A DNA stretch of 62,892 bases, from positions 7,600,722-7,663,613 of the forward strand of contig JAHRHZ010000017.1 in NCBI GenBank assembly GCA_024137785.1, in the 5' to 3' direction. The position numbers were made by a program, and so were the translations under genes. Origin of the DNA: Ginglymostoma cirratum (lineage: Eukaryota). Below are positions 1-10,749 of this stretch, piece after piece; positions within the stretch are counted from its first letter, which is position 1; every line of letters starts with the position of its first letter. The notes below the pieces were generated by a model, which was given only the letters and a program-made list of their open reading frames with translations, did no database searches and had not been told where the DNA came from.

Positions 1-510
1 TTGCCTGAGCTAATATCTTTCCTCAATTTTGTGTCTATATCATCTTTAACCAGTAATGCAACTCCACTATTTTCTCCTTTTAGCCTATCCTTCCTAAATG
101 GTGAATACTCCTGGATGTTCAGTTCCCATTCCTGGTCACCCTGCAGCTGTGTCTCCACAATCCTACTTATATCTATTTGCATGATTAGTTCATCCACTTT
201 ATTTTGAATGTTCCATACATTCAGGAACAAAGCCATAAGGATTTTCTTTTTAAGTTCCTCATCCAATTCCAGGCAACATCCTAGGGGTGAATCTCCTTTG
301 CAGCCCCTCCAGTGCAATCACATCCTTCCTAGAGTGTAGTGACTAGAGCTGCACACAGTATTCCAGCTGTGGCCCAGCTGAAGTTCTGTACCGCTCCAAC
401 ATGACCTCCTGCTTTTATAATCTATGCCATGCCTGTTAAGTGCAAGCGTCCCATATGCCTTCTTAACTACCTTATTAACCTGTCCTACTACCTTCAAGGA
501 TTTGCCATCT
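1..510 (-). mobile_element. Decayed CR1 LINE fragments (endonuclease N-terminus plus RT C-terminal part)
   Basis: Minus strand reads ETxLQGDQEWELNIQEYSPFRKDRL (APE domain start). 260-510 resembles the CR1 KAYG..LYRTSxxPQLEYCVQxxSxHxRKD region. Confidence 0.7.
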
Positions 511-1289
511 TCAGGTCCCTAGCATAACAGATGCCAGGATGCAATTCACTACACGTGATATGAAGAAACAGCTGGAGGTACTGGATACTGCAAAAGTCAT
601 GGGCTCTGACAAAATTCTAGGAATAGTCCTGAAGATTTGTACTCCAGAACATACAGCAGCCCAAGGGAAACTGTTCTAGTACAGCTATACCACTGGCAGC
701 TAACTGACAATGTGGAAAATTGCCTAAATATGAACTCTACACAAAAAGCAGGAAAAATCCAACCCAGTTAAATACCTCCCCGCTACCTTTGATGCTTAGT
801 GATGGAAACTGATTGATTGATCGATTGATTAATTGTCACGTGTGCTGAAGTACAGTGAAAAGCTTTGCTTACGAGCGGTATAGGCAGATCTTGTAAGTAA
901 GGACATACAGATCAAAAAGACTTAGACAGAGACATAATGGTTACATTGCACAAGGCGTGTGCTGGGGGGATCAACATTAGCGAGAATTGCATTATTTGAG
1001 GCAACAGAGTCCATTCATCAGTCTTAAAATGGCTGGGAATAAGCTGTTTCTGAACCTGCTGGTGCGTGTGTTCAGGCTTCTGTATCTTCTGCCTGATGGA
1101 AGAGGTTGTAGGAGGTTATTACCAGGGTGCGATGGGTCTTTGATGATGTTGGTCACCTTTCCGAGGCAAGAGCCATGTAAGTGAAGTCTATGGATGAAAG
1201 ATTGGCATCCATGATGGTCCTGGTCAGAGCAGTTGCCATACCAGGCCATTATGCACCTGGACAGTATGCATTCAATGGTGCATCTGCAG

Positions 1290-1390
1290 AACAAAAACAA
1301 AGTTGCTGCAAAAGCGCAGCAGGTCTGACAGCATCTGTGAAGGAAAAAAATCAGAGTTAACGTTTCGGGTCCAGTGACCCTTCCTCAGAA
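1290..1390 (-). mobile_element. Short Penelope-pLTR-like element (subfamily A) inserted in the Rex1 copy
   Basis: Interrupts Rex1 RT; same sequence family as 5471-5687 and 52697-52911. Confidence 0.8.
1355..1390 (-). ncRNA. Minimal type I hammerhead ribozyme motif
   Basis: Minus strand tt-CTGAGGA-A-GGGTC-actg-GACCC-GAAAC-GTT-aact: intact core boxes, perfect 5-bp stem II and palindromic AACGTT in place of stem III. The 5' arm of stem I is truncated. Confidence 0.7.
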
Positions 1391-4300
1391 GTTTGTAGAA
1401 GTTTGGGAGGAACTTTATGGACATGTCAAATTTCCTGGCCACCTGAGGAAGAAGAGGCGTTGTTGTACCTTTTTACCGGCGCATCTACGTGGGAAGTCCA
1501 GGATAGGTTGTTGGTTATTGTCACTCCAAGGACAATGATGCTCTCCACTCTCTCAATCTCTGCTCCGTTGATGTAGATGGGGGTATGTTCTCCTCCTTTC
1601 TTTCTGAAGTCGATGATCAGTTCTTTAGTTTTGCCGACATTGAGAGGAGAAATTGTTCTCTTTGCACCACATCACCAAGCCCTCTATCTCCCTTCTGTAT
1701 TTTGACTCATCGTTGTTAGATATCCATCCCACTACAGTGGTATCATCAGTGAACTTGTAGATGGTATTTGTTTAGAACTTGGCAACACAGTCGTAGGTGT
1801 ATAGGGAGTACAGTTGGGCTGAGGGCGCATCCTTGGGGTGCTCCAGTGTTGAGTGTTATTGTTGAGGAAGAGTGGTTACCTATCTTCACTGATTGTGGTC
1901 CGTGGGATAGAAAGCTGAGGAGCCAGTTGTAAAGGGCAGAGCCGAGACCAAGGTCATGGAGTTTTGAGATCAGTCTGGAGGGGATCATGGTGTTGAAAGC
2001 GGAACTGTAGTTAATGAGCAGGAGTCTGACATAAGTGTCCTTGTTGTCCATATGTTTCAGGGATGATTGCAGGGTTATGTTATGGTAATAGGAAAATTGT
2101 AGGGGATCGAGGCAGGCTGGAAGACTGGAGTTGTTGTGGGCCATGACCAGCCTTTCGAAGCACCTCATGATTATTGAGGTCAGAGCCACTGGGCGGAAGT
2201 CATTAAGGCACATTGCGTGTGTGTTCTTAGGTACGGGGAAGATGGTGGTCTTGAAGCAGGTGGGGACTTCGGCTTGCAGGAGGGAGAGGCTGAAGATGTT
2301 GGTGAATACCTCCGCCAGTTGGTCTGAACAGGATCCGAGTGCTCGGCTGGGGACAGCATCCAAGCCCATCGCTTTCCTTGGGCTGACTCCCAGGAAGACC
2401 AATCTGATGTCTGCAGTGGTGACCAAGGGAACGGATGTGTCTGGGGCTGTCAGGGCAGGCATCACCGCGCCGCTAGCATTCTGCTCAAACTGAGCATAGA
2501 AAGCATTGAGCATGTCAGGGAGGGATGAAATGTGACATCAAACACTGCTACAAAACAGTACAGAACTAACGTATTCACTGATGCTCAATTTGGTTCCACC
2601 GAGGCAACTCAGCTTCTGACCTGATTAAAGCCTTTGTTTAAATGTGGATCAAACAGCTGAATTCCAAAGGTGAGGGGCAAGTGACCACCGTTGACATCAT
2701 GGCCACAATTGACTGAGTGTGGAACCAAACAGCGCCAGCAAAACCTGGAATCAATGAAGATTTTAGTGTGAACTCATACCTTTCAGAAAACAGACAACGT
2801 GATTTCTTATACTTCACACTTTTACTTCCATCAGAATCAATTTTTAATTCTATTGATTGGACTAGATTAAAATATAGAAAGACAGGTCCAAAGGCAAAAG
2901 GATAGTCAGCTAAAGAAATAGACCATGCGGTTCTCGTAAGCTAATTCTGAGAAAAAATAGATCAGTAAGATATTTTGCTAAACAGTTATTGCTGCATATA
3001 AACACACTGTCAAGCTCACCATGACAAATGAAAAAGGCAAATAAGTTAGTATAAAGGAATGCATACAAGATCTATCAATATGTTCAAGTCGTTGATTTTT
3101 AAGCATAAAATGTAATTGCTTTTAAATGAATCTAATAATATCTTACATAAGGAATTCACAGAGGTTTGAAGTTGGTTCAGATCTAAACTATTACACCACA
3201 TTGAAACTGAGTAAATAACATGGATCCGCTTATAAATATAAATATATTGTTTTGTTATGACAAACATAACTCGTGCTCCTTATCGTTAAATTTTCCCTTT
3301 ACCAACATTTTATACCAACACATATAATTTGAAATTTTATTATGTGTTCATTAACCATTGGAAAAATTAATATATAATACAAATGATAAACCAATTTCAA
3401 ATTCTTATTGCAATCTACCGACATAGTGCATATTACAACATTAATTATCTTTACAGCAGGCAAAGTAGCTAACATTGATACTAAGAGATTGCATTGCAAT
3501 GGCTAAGTAACTGTGACTCAATTTGACCCTTAATTACTCACAACATAAAACAACAGTCCTTAATAAGCAAAACACTAGTGTCTCCCTCAAGTGGTAGGAT
3601 TTGTCATGCGTAACTCACTCCAACAGCCACCTCCTGTATTGGCCTCAAGATATGAGCTAATTGGTTGCAGAAGAAGTCAGTCAAATTGGTATGACTAAGA
3701 GAGATTGTTCAACTTGAAAGTAGCACATGATTAACCTTTATATCTGGTTGCTATTTGTACTATAATTTAAATTTGGACCAAATGGGATAATGATTATAAA
3801 TATATGGTGACAGTATATAAAGCACACAATTATACTCTCATCTTCTAGCACCAAAGAAATATTTTGTATAATAAATACTTTTTGGGTGGTTCACTATAAT
3901 TAAATTGGAAACTCCTAAAGGCCAGTACTTCAATTCTGCAAGAGGTTTGATCAAGCTTTGAAGATATTGCCATTGTATACATCATAAATACTGTTTACTT
4001 ATAGGATAAAAAATGTGGCTAAACTGATTTTTTTTGTCTAGAAAGACTGCACATGTTAAATTAGTTCAAACCTATTTATTATGACTTTCACACATCCATT
4101 GACCTGGCAAGATGCAGCAGTCAGGTATTAAATTGTAGGTAACCAACATCTGCTAAACTAATAGTTGGCAGAATTATAGTGGTGTCAATGTAGACTAATT
4201 TTTCAATCTTTGTTTATTTGTAGTATGTTATTATCTTCGAATTCCACACTATGAGCAATTAGTGCTTCTACAAAACCAGCTGGTTTAAGCAGTTTTGATC

Positions 4301-5470
4301 AATAGAATTAAATAATATCAATGCATTTCACATTTTTCATACGTCAAAGTGTGAAATACATAGGGACAACAAAGCTGCAAAGCAATATTTACTATGGAAT
4401 CAGAAACACCAATGATCAGTTATGTTTGAGGGGAGAAAATAAACTGGTAAGGCACAAATCACAGTCGACATTAAATGCCATGATGATTCATATTAATGTA
4501 GAGCACTATGTGTGTGACCAATAGCAAACACTCTCTCAATGGCATATGTTCATTTTATCTTAAAGATGAGGCCTGTCTTGTTGGGTTTGAATCATAATAA
4601 AAATGTACTAACAATTAACAGCACCGTGTTTAGAACAAATCTATAATTATCCTGACCATGTTTAATCACACAAATCTTAAATGGAACATTTCCTGAATGC
4701 TAAGCCTGGAGTTTTAATCATATATAGGATATGGGCAGAGCTAGCAGATCAGTTTCTATCTATTGCCCATACTTAAATTGCCCTGAAAAAGGTAGTGGTG
4801 ATGTGCCTTCTTAAACAGCTGTGATCTGTGTAGACTGGATATTCCCAAAGTACTGTTATGGAAAGAGTTCTAGAATTTTGAAGCAATACTTCAGTAATAG
4901 ATCCAGAAAATGACGGGTACATATACAAACGATATGTATGCATAGCATATCTTAACATAAACATCAAAAATGACCCCATCTTGTTTTCTTTACTAATGTT
5001 GTTTAACTTGCTGAGTGTTCCAATCTTTCCCTATTAATATTTCAGATTTCCAGAACCTACAATACTCTGTGCCATGTCCTGAGAGAGTAGTTGCGTGGGA
5101 AATCTCACACACAAATTCCACGGAGAATTGTACTGCATGAGCTGTTGGAAAGTGATATCCAATTTACTTCTCCATTCACTTGCATTTTTTTATTTCTTTT
5201 ACAAGCAAATACATAATTTATTTTTGGAAGTTATAATTGATGTAATACTATATGAATAAATCACCATCTTCATTCAACATACTAGACAAGGTGGTGTTCC
5301 TTTACTGCTGCAAACTCCAAATAAATTCTGTGAATTATACAATGATTGCATACTATCAATAAAGAAATCTAGTACACAGAGGTTGTCTATCCGTGAAAGC
5401 TATATAAATATACTTTTGGTCCCTGTATTTCAAAACTCACCACAAGTTACAAACAGCAGAACATTTTATG

Positions 5471-5687
5471 CAAAAACCAAAAGAACTGCAGATGCTGTAA
5501 GTCAGAAACAAAAACAGAAGTTGCTGAAAAAGCTCAGCAGGTCTGGCAACATCTGTGAAGAAATATCACAGTTAGCATTCCTCAGTTCTGAGGAAGGGTC
5601 ACCAAATCCAAAACATTAACTCTGATTTCTCTCTGCAGATACTTCCAGACCTGCTGAGCTTTTCCAGCAAACTTCTGTTTTTGTTGG
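5471..5687. mobile_element. Fold-back Penelope-pLTR-like element with a central decayed hammerhead
   Basis: Arms aacaaaaacagaagttgctgaaaaagctcagcaggtctgg and ccagacctgctgagcttttccagcaaacttctgtttttgtt are inverted repeats. Centre is agtt-CTGAGGAAGGGTC..aaaacatt-aact. Imperfect TSD agaacattttatg (5458-5470) / agaagcttttatg (5688-5700). Confidence 0.8.
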
Positions 5688-6399
5688 AGAAGCTTTTATG
5701 TGCTTGTTATTGTAACACAAAATGGACAAAGTTGAAATTTGATACAAGACTCCGTACTCAAAAGTCACATCTGTATAGTCAACCTATTAGTTTGAAAACT
5801 GTGAAGAAAAAACTTGTATTGTGCCTTTGTGCCTAAAATTACTTCAGAAAATGAGGAATAGCAAGCATGTAAACAGGAGAGAATGCAAATTTTCTACATT
5901 CTGATCTTTCAATCTCAATCAGATGTCCAAACCTACAATGCAGTAATTTTCACAGAATGGTGGCTCAATTTAGTGAATGGCCACCTACAAGTTGGAATAT
6001 CTCAAGATCCTTTGCAGTCATGTTGTATTTTGTAAATCTGAAGCTTCTAACGTCAATCAGCAAAGTTTTTATTTCATCTATTTTAAGTAATGAAGGTTTC
6101 TGTTAGCATCAATTAGTGGAATACATCTGACCGATTGTGAGATGATTCTTTACCTAATCATATTACCCTTATAGCCAAAGTGCAAATACTTAACAACTTT
6201 CAATTATTCATCATTAATTCCAACCCATCGATTGCTTTGTTGAATACTGTAGTATGGCTTAATTGTAAATTTCAATGCTTAACTAGAATAACAATCTAAT
6301 TATCTAACACACAAATAGCCTGTACATTCTGATTTTGCGCATAATTGATAAAATTAAATCAAATTCAATTTTCTGATTTATTTAATGTTTCATCAGTTA

Positions 6400-6516
6400 C
6401 AGGCCTGAAATGTTAACTCTGTTTCTCAGTCCATTGGTGCTCCCCAACCTGCTGCACAGTTCCAGGGTTTTCGGTCCTTATTTCATATTTTCATCATCCA
6501 CTGTATTTTGCTTTTG
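6400..6516 (+). mobile_element. Older diverged copy of the Penelope-pLTR-like element (similar remnants at about 5005-5075, 6935-7060, 26015-26085, 51080-51125)
   Basis: cctgaaatgttaactctgtttctc..acctgctg..tatttcatattttcatcatccactgtattttgctttt follows the family pattern. Confidence 0.6.
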
Positions 6517-7679
6517 TTAACTGATATGATTAAATAATTGCAGATACTTTGGAAAAAGAACATTCTGAAAGATCTGCAATTGAGAAACAGCTCATTGAAA
6601 TATATATGTTGATGAAGATTGATTGACCTTTATCTTGATTAATTATGATTCAATGTCTACAAATCCTTTTGCAACTGTCAGTTGTATTAGATTCTTTGAA
6701 AATAGGTAATAATTTAATAGAGTACAAGTACAATTTATGGGCATGTTATTTCAGTACTTTTATAAAACTTGCATAGGAGTCAACAACAGATGTAAAATTT
6801 TAACAATTAAATCAAATCTTACCAAATAAATCAACCTGCTCAACAACAGAAACTTGCAATATTGCATCTAAAGGTCATCACCCATAACCACAGGGAGGAT
6901 CAGGCTTAAGGTTCAAAGATAGTAAAATAATCATGGAGCTGAAAGGTTAGCTCTCTAACTCTCTTATTCTCTCCACAGTTGCTGCCAGATCTGTTGACTA
7001 TTTCTAATAGTTTCTATTCTCATTTCAGATATACAGCATCTGTGGTGATTTACTTCTGTGCTTAAATTCATAGTTCCAAAGTGCATTTAAAGATATTTAA
7101 TAACACAAAATGTACATATGAATTAGAAGTAAGAGGAGACAATGAGCCCACTCTGCCACTCAATAAGATCATGGTTGCTCTAATTGTAGCCTCAAATCCG
7201 CATTACCAATTACCTTTGATAACATTTCACCACTTTGCTTAATAAGAATTTATCTACTTCTACCCTGAAAATATTCATAGACATTTCTTCCACCATCTTT
7301 TTCAGAAAGAGAGCTCCAAAGATTGATGACCCTCTCAAAGAAAAATAAAGTCACCTAATCTTTTATGTTTTTAAATTGGTGACTCTGGATTTTTAAACAG
7401 TGGCAGCTACTTCAAGATTTGCAACCCATTATATTCCTTTGTTTAGCATAGCAAATTGAATTTATCATGCAACCAACAAGCTGCATGTCTTCCCCAAGTG
7501 GGCATGGTAAGGTTTGAAGGGTGTGCAGTCAATTTCTCATCAAACTGCAGTTGGTGATAAACCTGGAGAACAGTCGTCGCAATCATTTCCCCTCTTTCTC
7601 GTGGTGGTGGAGGGATAAATTTGGCGTAGTATATCCCTGTCCAATTACTTTTTTTCCCTTTAATTGGGAGTATCAATAA

Positions 7680-7940
7680 AAACAAAGTACTGGGAATGCA
7701 GGAAATCTGATATAGAAACATAAGTTGCTGAAAACATTTAGCAGGCCAGGCAACAGCTATGGAGACAGGAAAGTTGACATTTTGGGTCAATTTGATCAGA
7801 ACCAGTTAAGTTAGAAACGTACTGGACTTTAAATAAGTAGAAGCCGGGAAAGGGTCAGAGGTCAAGAATAAAAGGCGAGCTCTGAGATAAAAGATAGAAA
7901 AGGATGATGTTGCAATGACTAAAGGAATAACAATGAGAAT
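7680..7940 (-). mobile_element. Older Penelope-like 3'/pLTR remnant
   Basis: gaatgcaggaaatctga..gttgctgaaaacatttagcaggccaggcaacagctatggaga..gttgacattttgggtc is the reverse complement of the family pattern. Confidence 0.55.
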
Positions 7941-7943
7941 GGG

Positions 7944-8024
7944 AGATAACACGGTGTGGGGCTGGATGAACACAGCAGGCCAAGCAGCATCATAGGAGCA
8001 GGAAAGCTTGACGTTTCGGGCCTG
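7944..8024 (-). mobile_element. Young subfamily B Penelope-pLTR-like element with the 3' half of the hammerhead
   Basis: Near-identical reverse complement of 46780-46858 (ggcccgaaacgtcaagctttcctgctcctatgatgctgcttggcctgctgtgttcatccagccccacacc..gttatct). Confidence 0.85.
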
Positions 8025-8883
8025 ATTGAGCCGCCTAAAGCCCATTTCCTTTTTCTTGCCAAGTTTAAGCATCGAGTTTAATCAAGTTTCGATTGGGGGA
8101 AAAAGTGCAGATTAACTTCGTCATCTGATAGCTCATCGCTATCCCCTTGTGACCAACTGCGTACAACGTTGAAACACAGCAGATAGTTCCAAGAGGAAGT
8201 AGTGGTACTGTTAATGAGCTTACACCACTTTAACCTACAATGGACAAAGGAATCGCGCCGTTCTCTTCGGTGCAAGGAGTTCAGACAGTAGAATCTGCAT
8301 TCCAGCTGAACCGAAATCAGTATATTGTACGTAACATTAACCTTCTCAAAAAGGGACGTTTCAGACTATTAATCATTTCTATCGGAGGCTGTAATTGGTT
8401 AGAATGCAGCAGTTCAGATATTTCTCATTTCAGAAACAAATACCCAATTTAGACCAACTGCACATCGAGTTAATGTCAGTAAGTTAACATTTAATTCAGC
8501 AAGAGAAAGCTTTTGCTGTCAAATATATGGGGCTGTACTCCGGGAAAATATAGAGATTTCCCTCCCGTTAAAGTTAAAACCTACCCTGTACGCTAGCCAT
8601 AGGAGTACACCGTTGTAAGAGGGCGTAGATTCAGCAAATAAAACCAGAAGATTAATGTCATCAATCTATTGGTCCATGTCCTTGAAAACTGATTTATCTT
8701 TGCCAGTTTACAAGATGCCTGCCAGCGAAGGTAGGGCAATCTGAAGAGCCGAAACAAATATGCCCACAGGTTCATTTCACCACCACTGTAAAAGTCGCCA
8801 TCGGCAACGTAGTAATAAGCAGTCAGAAATAGATTACCGACAGTCGCCATGGAATATTTAAAGCAAATAATGCAGTCGGTAGC

Positions 8884-10749
8884 TTTATTAATAAAACATA
8901 ACTTCCAATTAATGTGAGAAACCGATCATTGGAAACCAACAGATTTTCAAGTCCGAGAGGAATTCGATAACAATTTAACTTTTGTATCTTAACTCAGTTG
9001 GGATAAAATGGAAATGCGTCAGCAATTTACTCTCAATGAGACTGAGCCTCCTGGGAGTATAAAACCGATTGAATTTAGCGTTAAGAAGTGCAGTCGTTGC
9101 GTCAAATAGTTGTGATTGGAATAAGGTGCCCTCTGCTGGAATTAGCACCTCCTCCTCCTGTCAGTTGAACGGTAATTGAATGAGGCAATATGATTCCCAT
9201 TGCAGGTACCCCTTCAAATATACCAGCGGCGCCAAACCACCTGGGATTGCTGAATTTGTCCCCGCTATATAGGAATTTAATTTCTATAACTGAAGATTTT
9301 AAAACGCCAAAACAAAAATCACGTGCACCTTGAAATCTGCTGTGATATGCAGCAGTGTCCTTTATGTGAATTGTTGCGACATAATAATATTTGACCACCT
9401 CAAATTTGAAGATGCAAGCAGTTTGCTCAGTGGAATTATTTATTGAAAGAAGCATTACTTACAGTTTATCAAGGATAACGTTATTTACATTAAGATCCAG
9501 CTTCCTTTTAGTTACTGGCTTCCTTGTGCTGTATCCACGATGTGACGATGACGCAGTCTATTTTGATTCCAATAGGCTGGACTTGCTGCAAAACTAGAGG
9601 CATTTTTAGAGAATAAAACAAAATATTTAAAAAGAAACTAAAATTTTCCAATAGATAGCTGAGTAGAATTACCATCGTGTTAATGTCCAATCGCCTCTCT
9701 AATACTCTGCCTACTGTGCTTGAAGTCTCAGAAACTGCTAATGCCATTTTAGAGACGGTACATTATATTAAGGCAAAACATTTCTAAATATAGTGGGTGG
9801 ACGAGAGAGACTTGATGTAAGACATGTTAAATTAGATTCGATTCTGGAATGGGGTTTTTTTCCATTTTGCAAATTAATATCTTGTGTTTCCTTCGCCTGC
9901 TGTCGTTCTATTCACATACAATCTCTGCATGTCACTGCATAGTTTATCACCTTTTTATTATGAAAGCTTTACCAGACGCAGTCACTACATTGAGTTAACA
10001 TTATTACCTTTACAATGATTGTTCACAGAAATTACAGAATAAATATGCACACTTCGAAATCTTTGTGTGTTTGAGAGAGAGAAAACATTAAAAGTGCTTC
10101 TTACAAAGCTGTTAGTGGTATAAGCATCAACATTGACGAGCTTTTTTTTAAGAAAGTGCATTGTTTATAATAAAATCTTGGCGTCATATTCACAAATTGG
10201 AATCCTTAGATGCGTCGTAGAGTTTTTTAATACTCCCCTCTTGAATATAATATATATTTATATATAATATATAAAAAAATTAAATAACACTGAACGATAG
10301 AGCGTTGCAGTCACTTTAATTACCAAGTTAACTTCTTGTAATTTGAGCGAGTTATACCCCGGCAGCTTTACACATGCAGCAAGACTGCAGTCAATGTTTC
10401 ACAGATTATGCTCTCGGCGTTCATTTGGGTGAGAGAGGGAGAGAGCAAGAGAGAGCCATCACTTCCTGCCAAATAAAGTGAACAAAGTCGCTGCCAGTAA
10501 TGAATAGGGTTATTTATATGACGGTCGATAACCAGCCCTCTATATGACTACAGACGGCACAGTCAGTTCTCGTTACCATAAAAAAATATGATTGATATCA
10601 TTGCTGGCTAAAGTCTGCAAAGGCACTTCATTGAATATGATTTGAATATGGCCTTTCGTCCAAAGCAACCTAATGAGGGGATGGCGGATAATTTCCCTTT
10701 ACCTTCTAAAACATGCTGTGTTTGGGGTTCGTTTCTGTTGGTATGATAT
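8884..10749 (-). other. SLITRK3: Probable SLITRK3 3' UTR with alternative AATAAA signals
   Basis: Repeat-free AU-rich sequence after the stop codon; minus-strand AATAAA at 9954-9959, 9439-9444 and 8884-8889. The true end cannot be determined from sequence. Confidence 0.5.

Larger units (their letters stand above)
811..2527 (-). mobile_element. 5'-truncated Rex1/Babar-clade LINE (RT pseudogene) with (TCAA)n tail
   Basis: ORF 2513-1746 (LNAFYAQFE..NDFRPVALTSIIMRCFERL..YSSAFNT..TGAPQGCALSP) and ORF 1300-992 (IMAWYGNC..IIKDPSHPG..LPSGRRYRS..RFRNSLFP) are typical Rex1 RT. Microsatellite tail gattgattgatcgattgatt at 811-830. Confidence 0.85.
535..2790 (+). mobile_element. Old L2/CR1-clade LINE RT fragment, split by a Rex1 insertion at 811-2527
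   Basis: 535-800 encodes degenerate DMKKQLEVLDTAKxMGSDKI..VLKICTPE..MWKIA..HKKQEKSNP. It resumes at 2530 with TDAQFG..SASDLI..LNSKGE..VDI..DxVW. Confidence 0.7.

Noticed and set aside
1746-2513. 255-aa ORF as a host gene
   Set aside because: It is a frameshifted, truncated Rex1-type reverse transcriptase.
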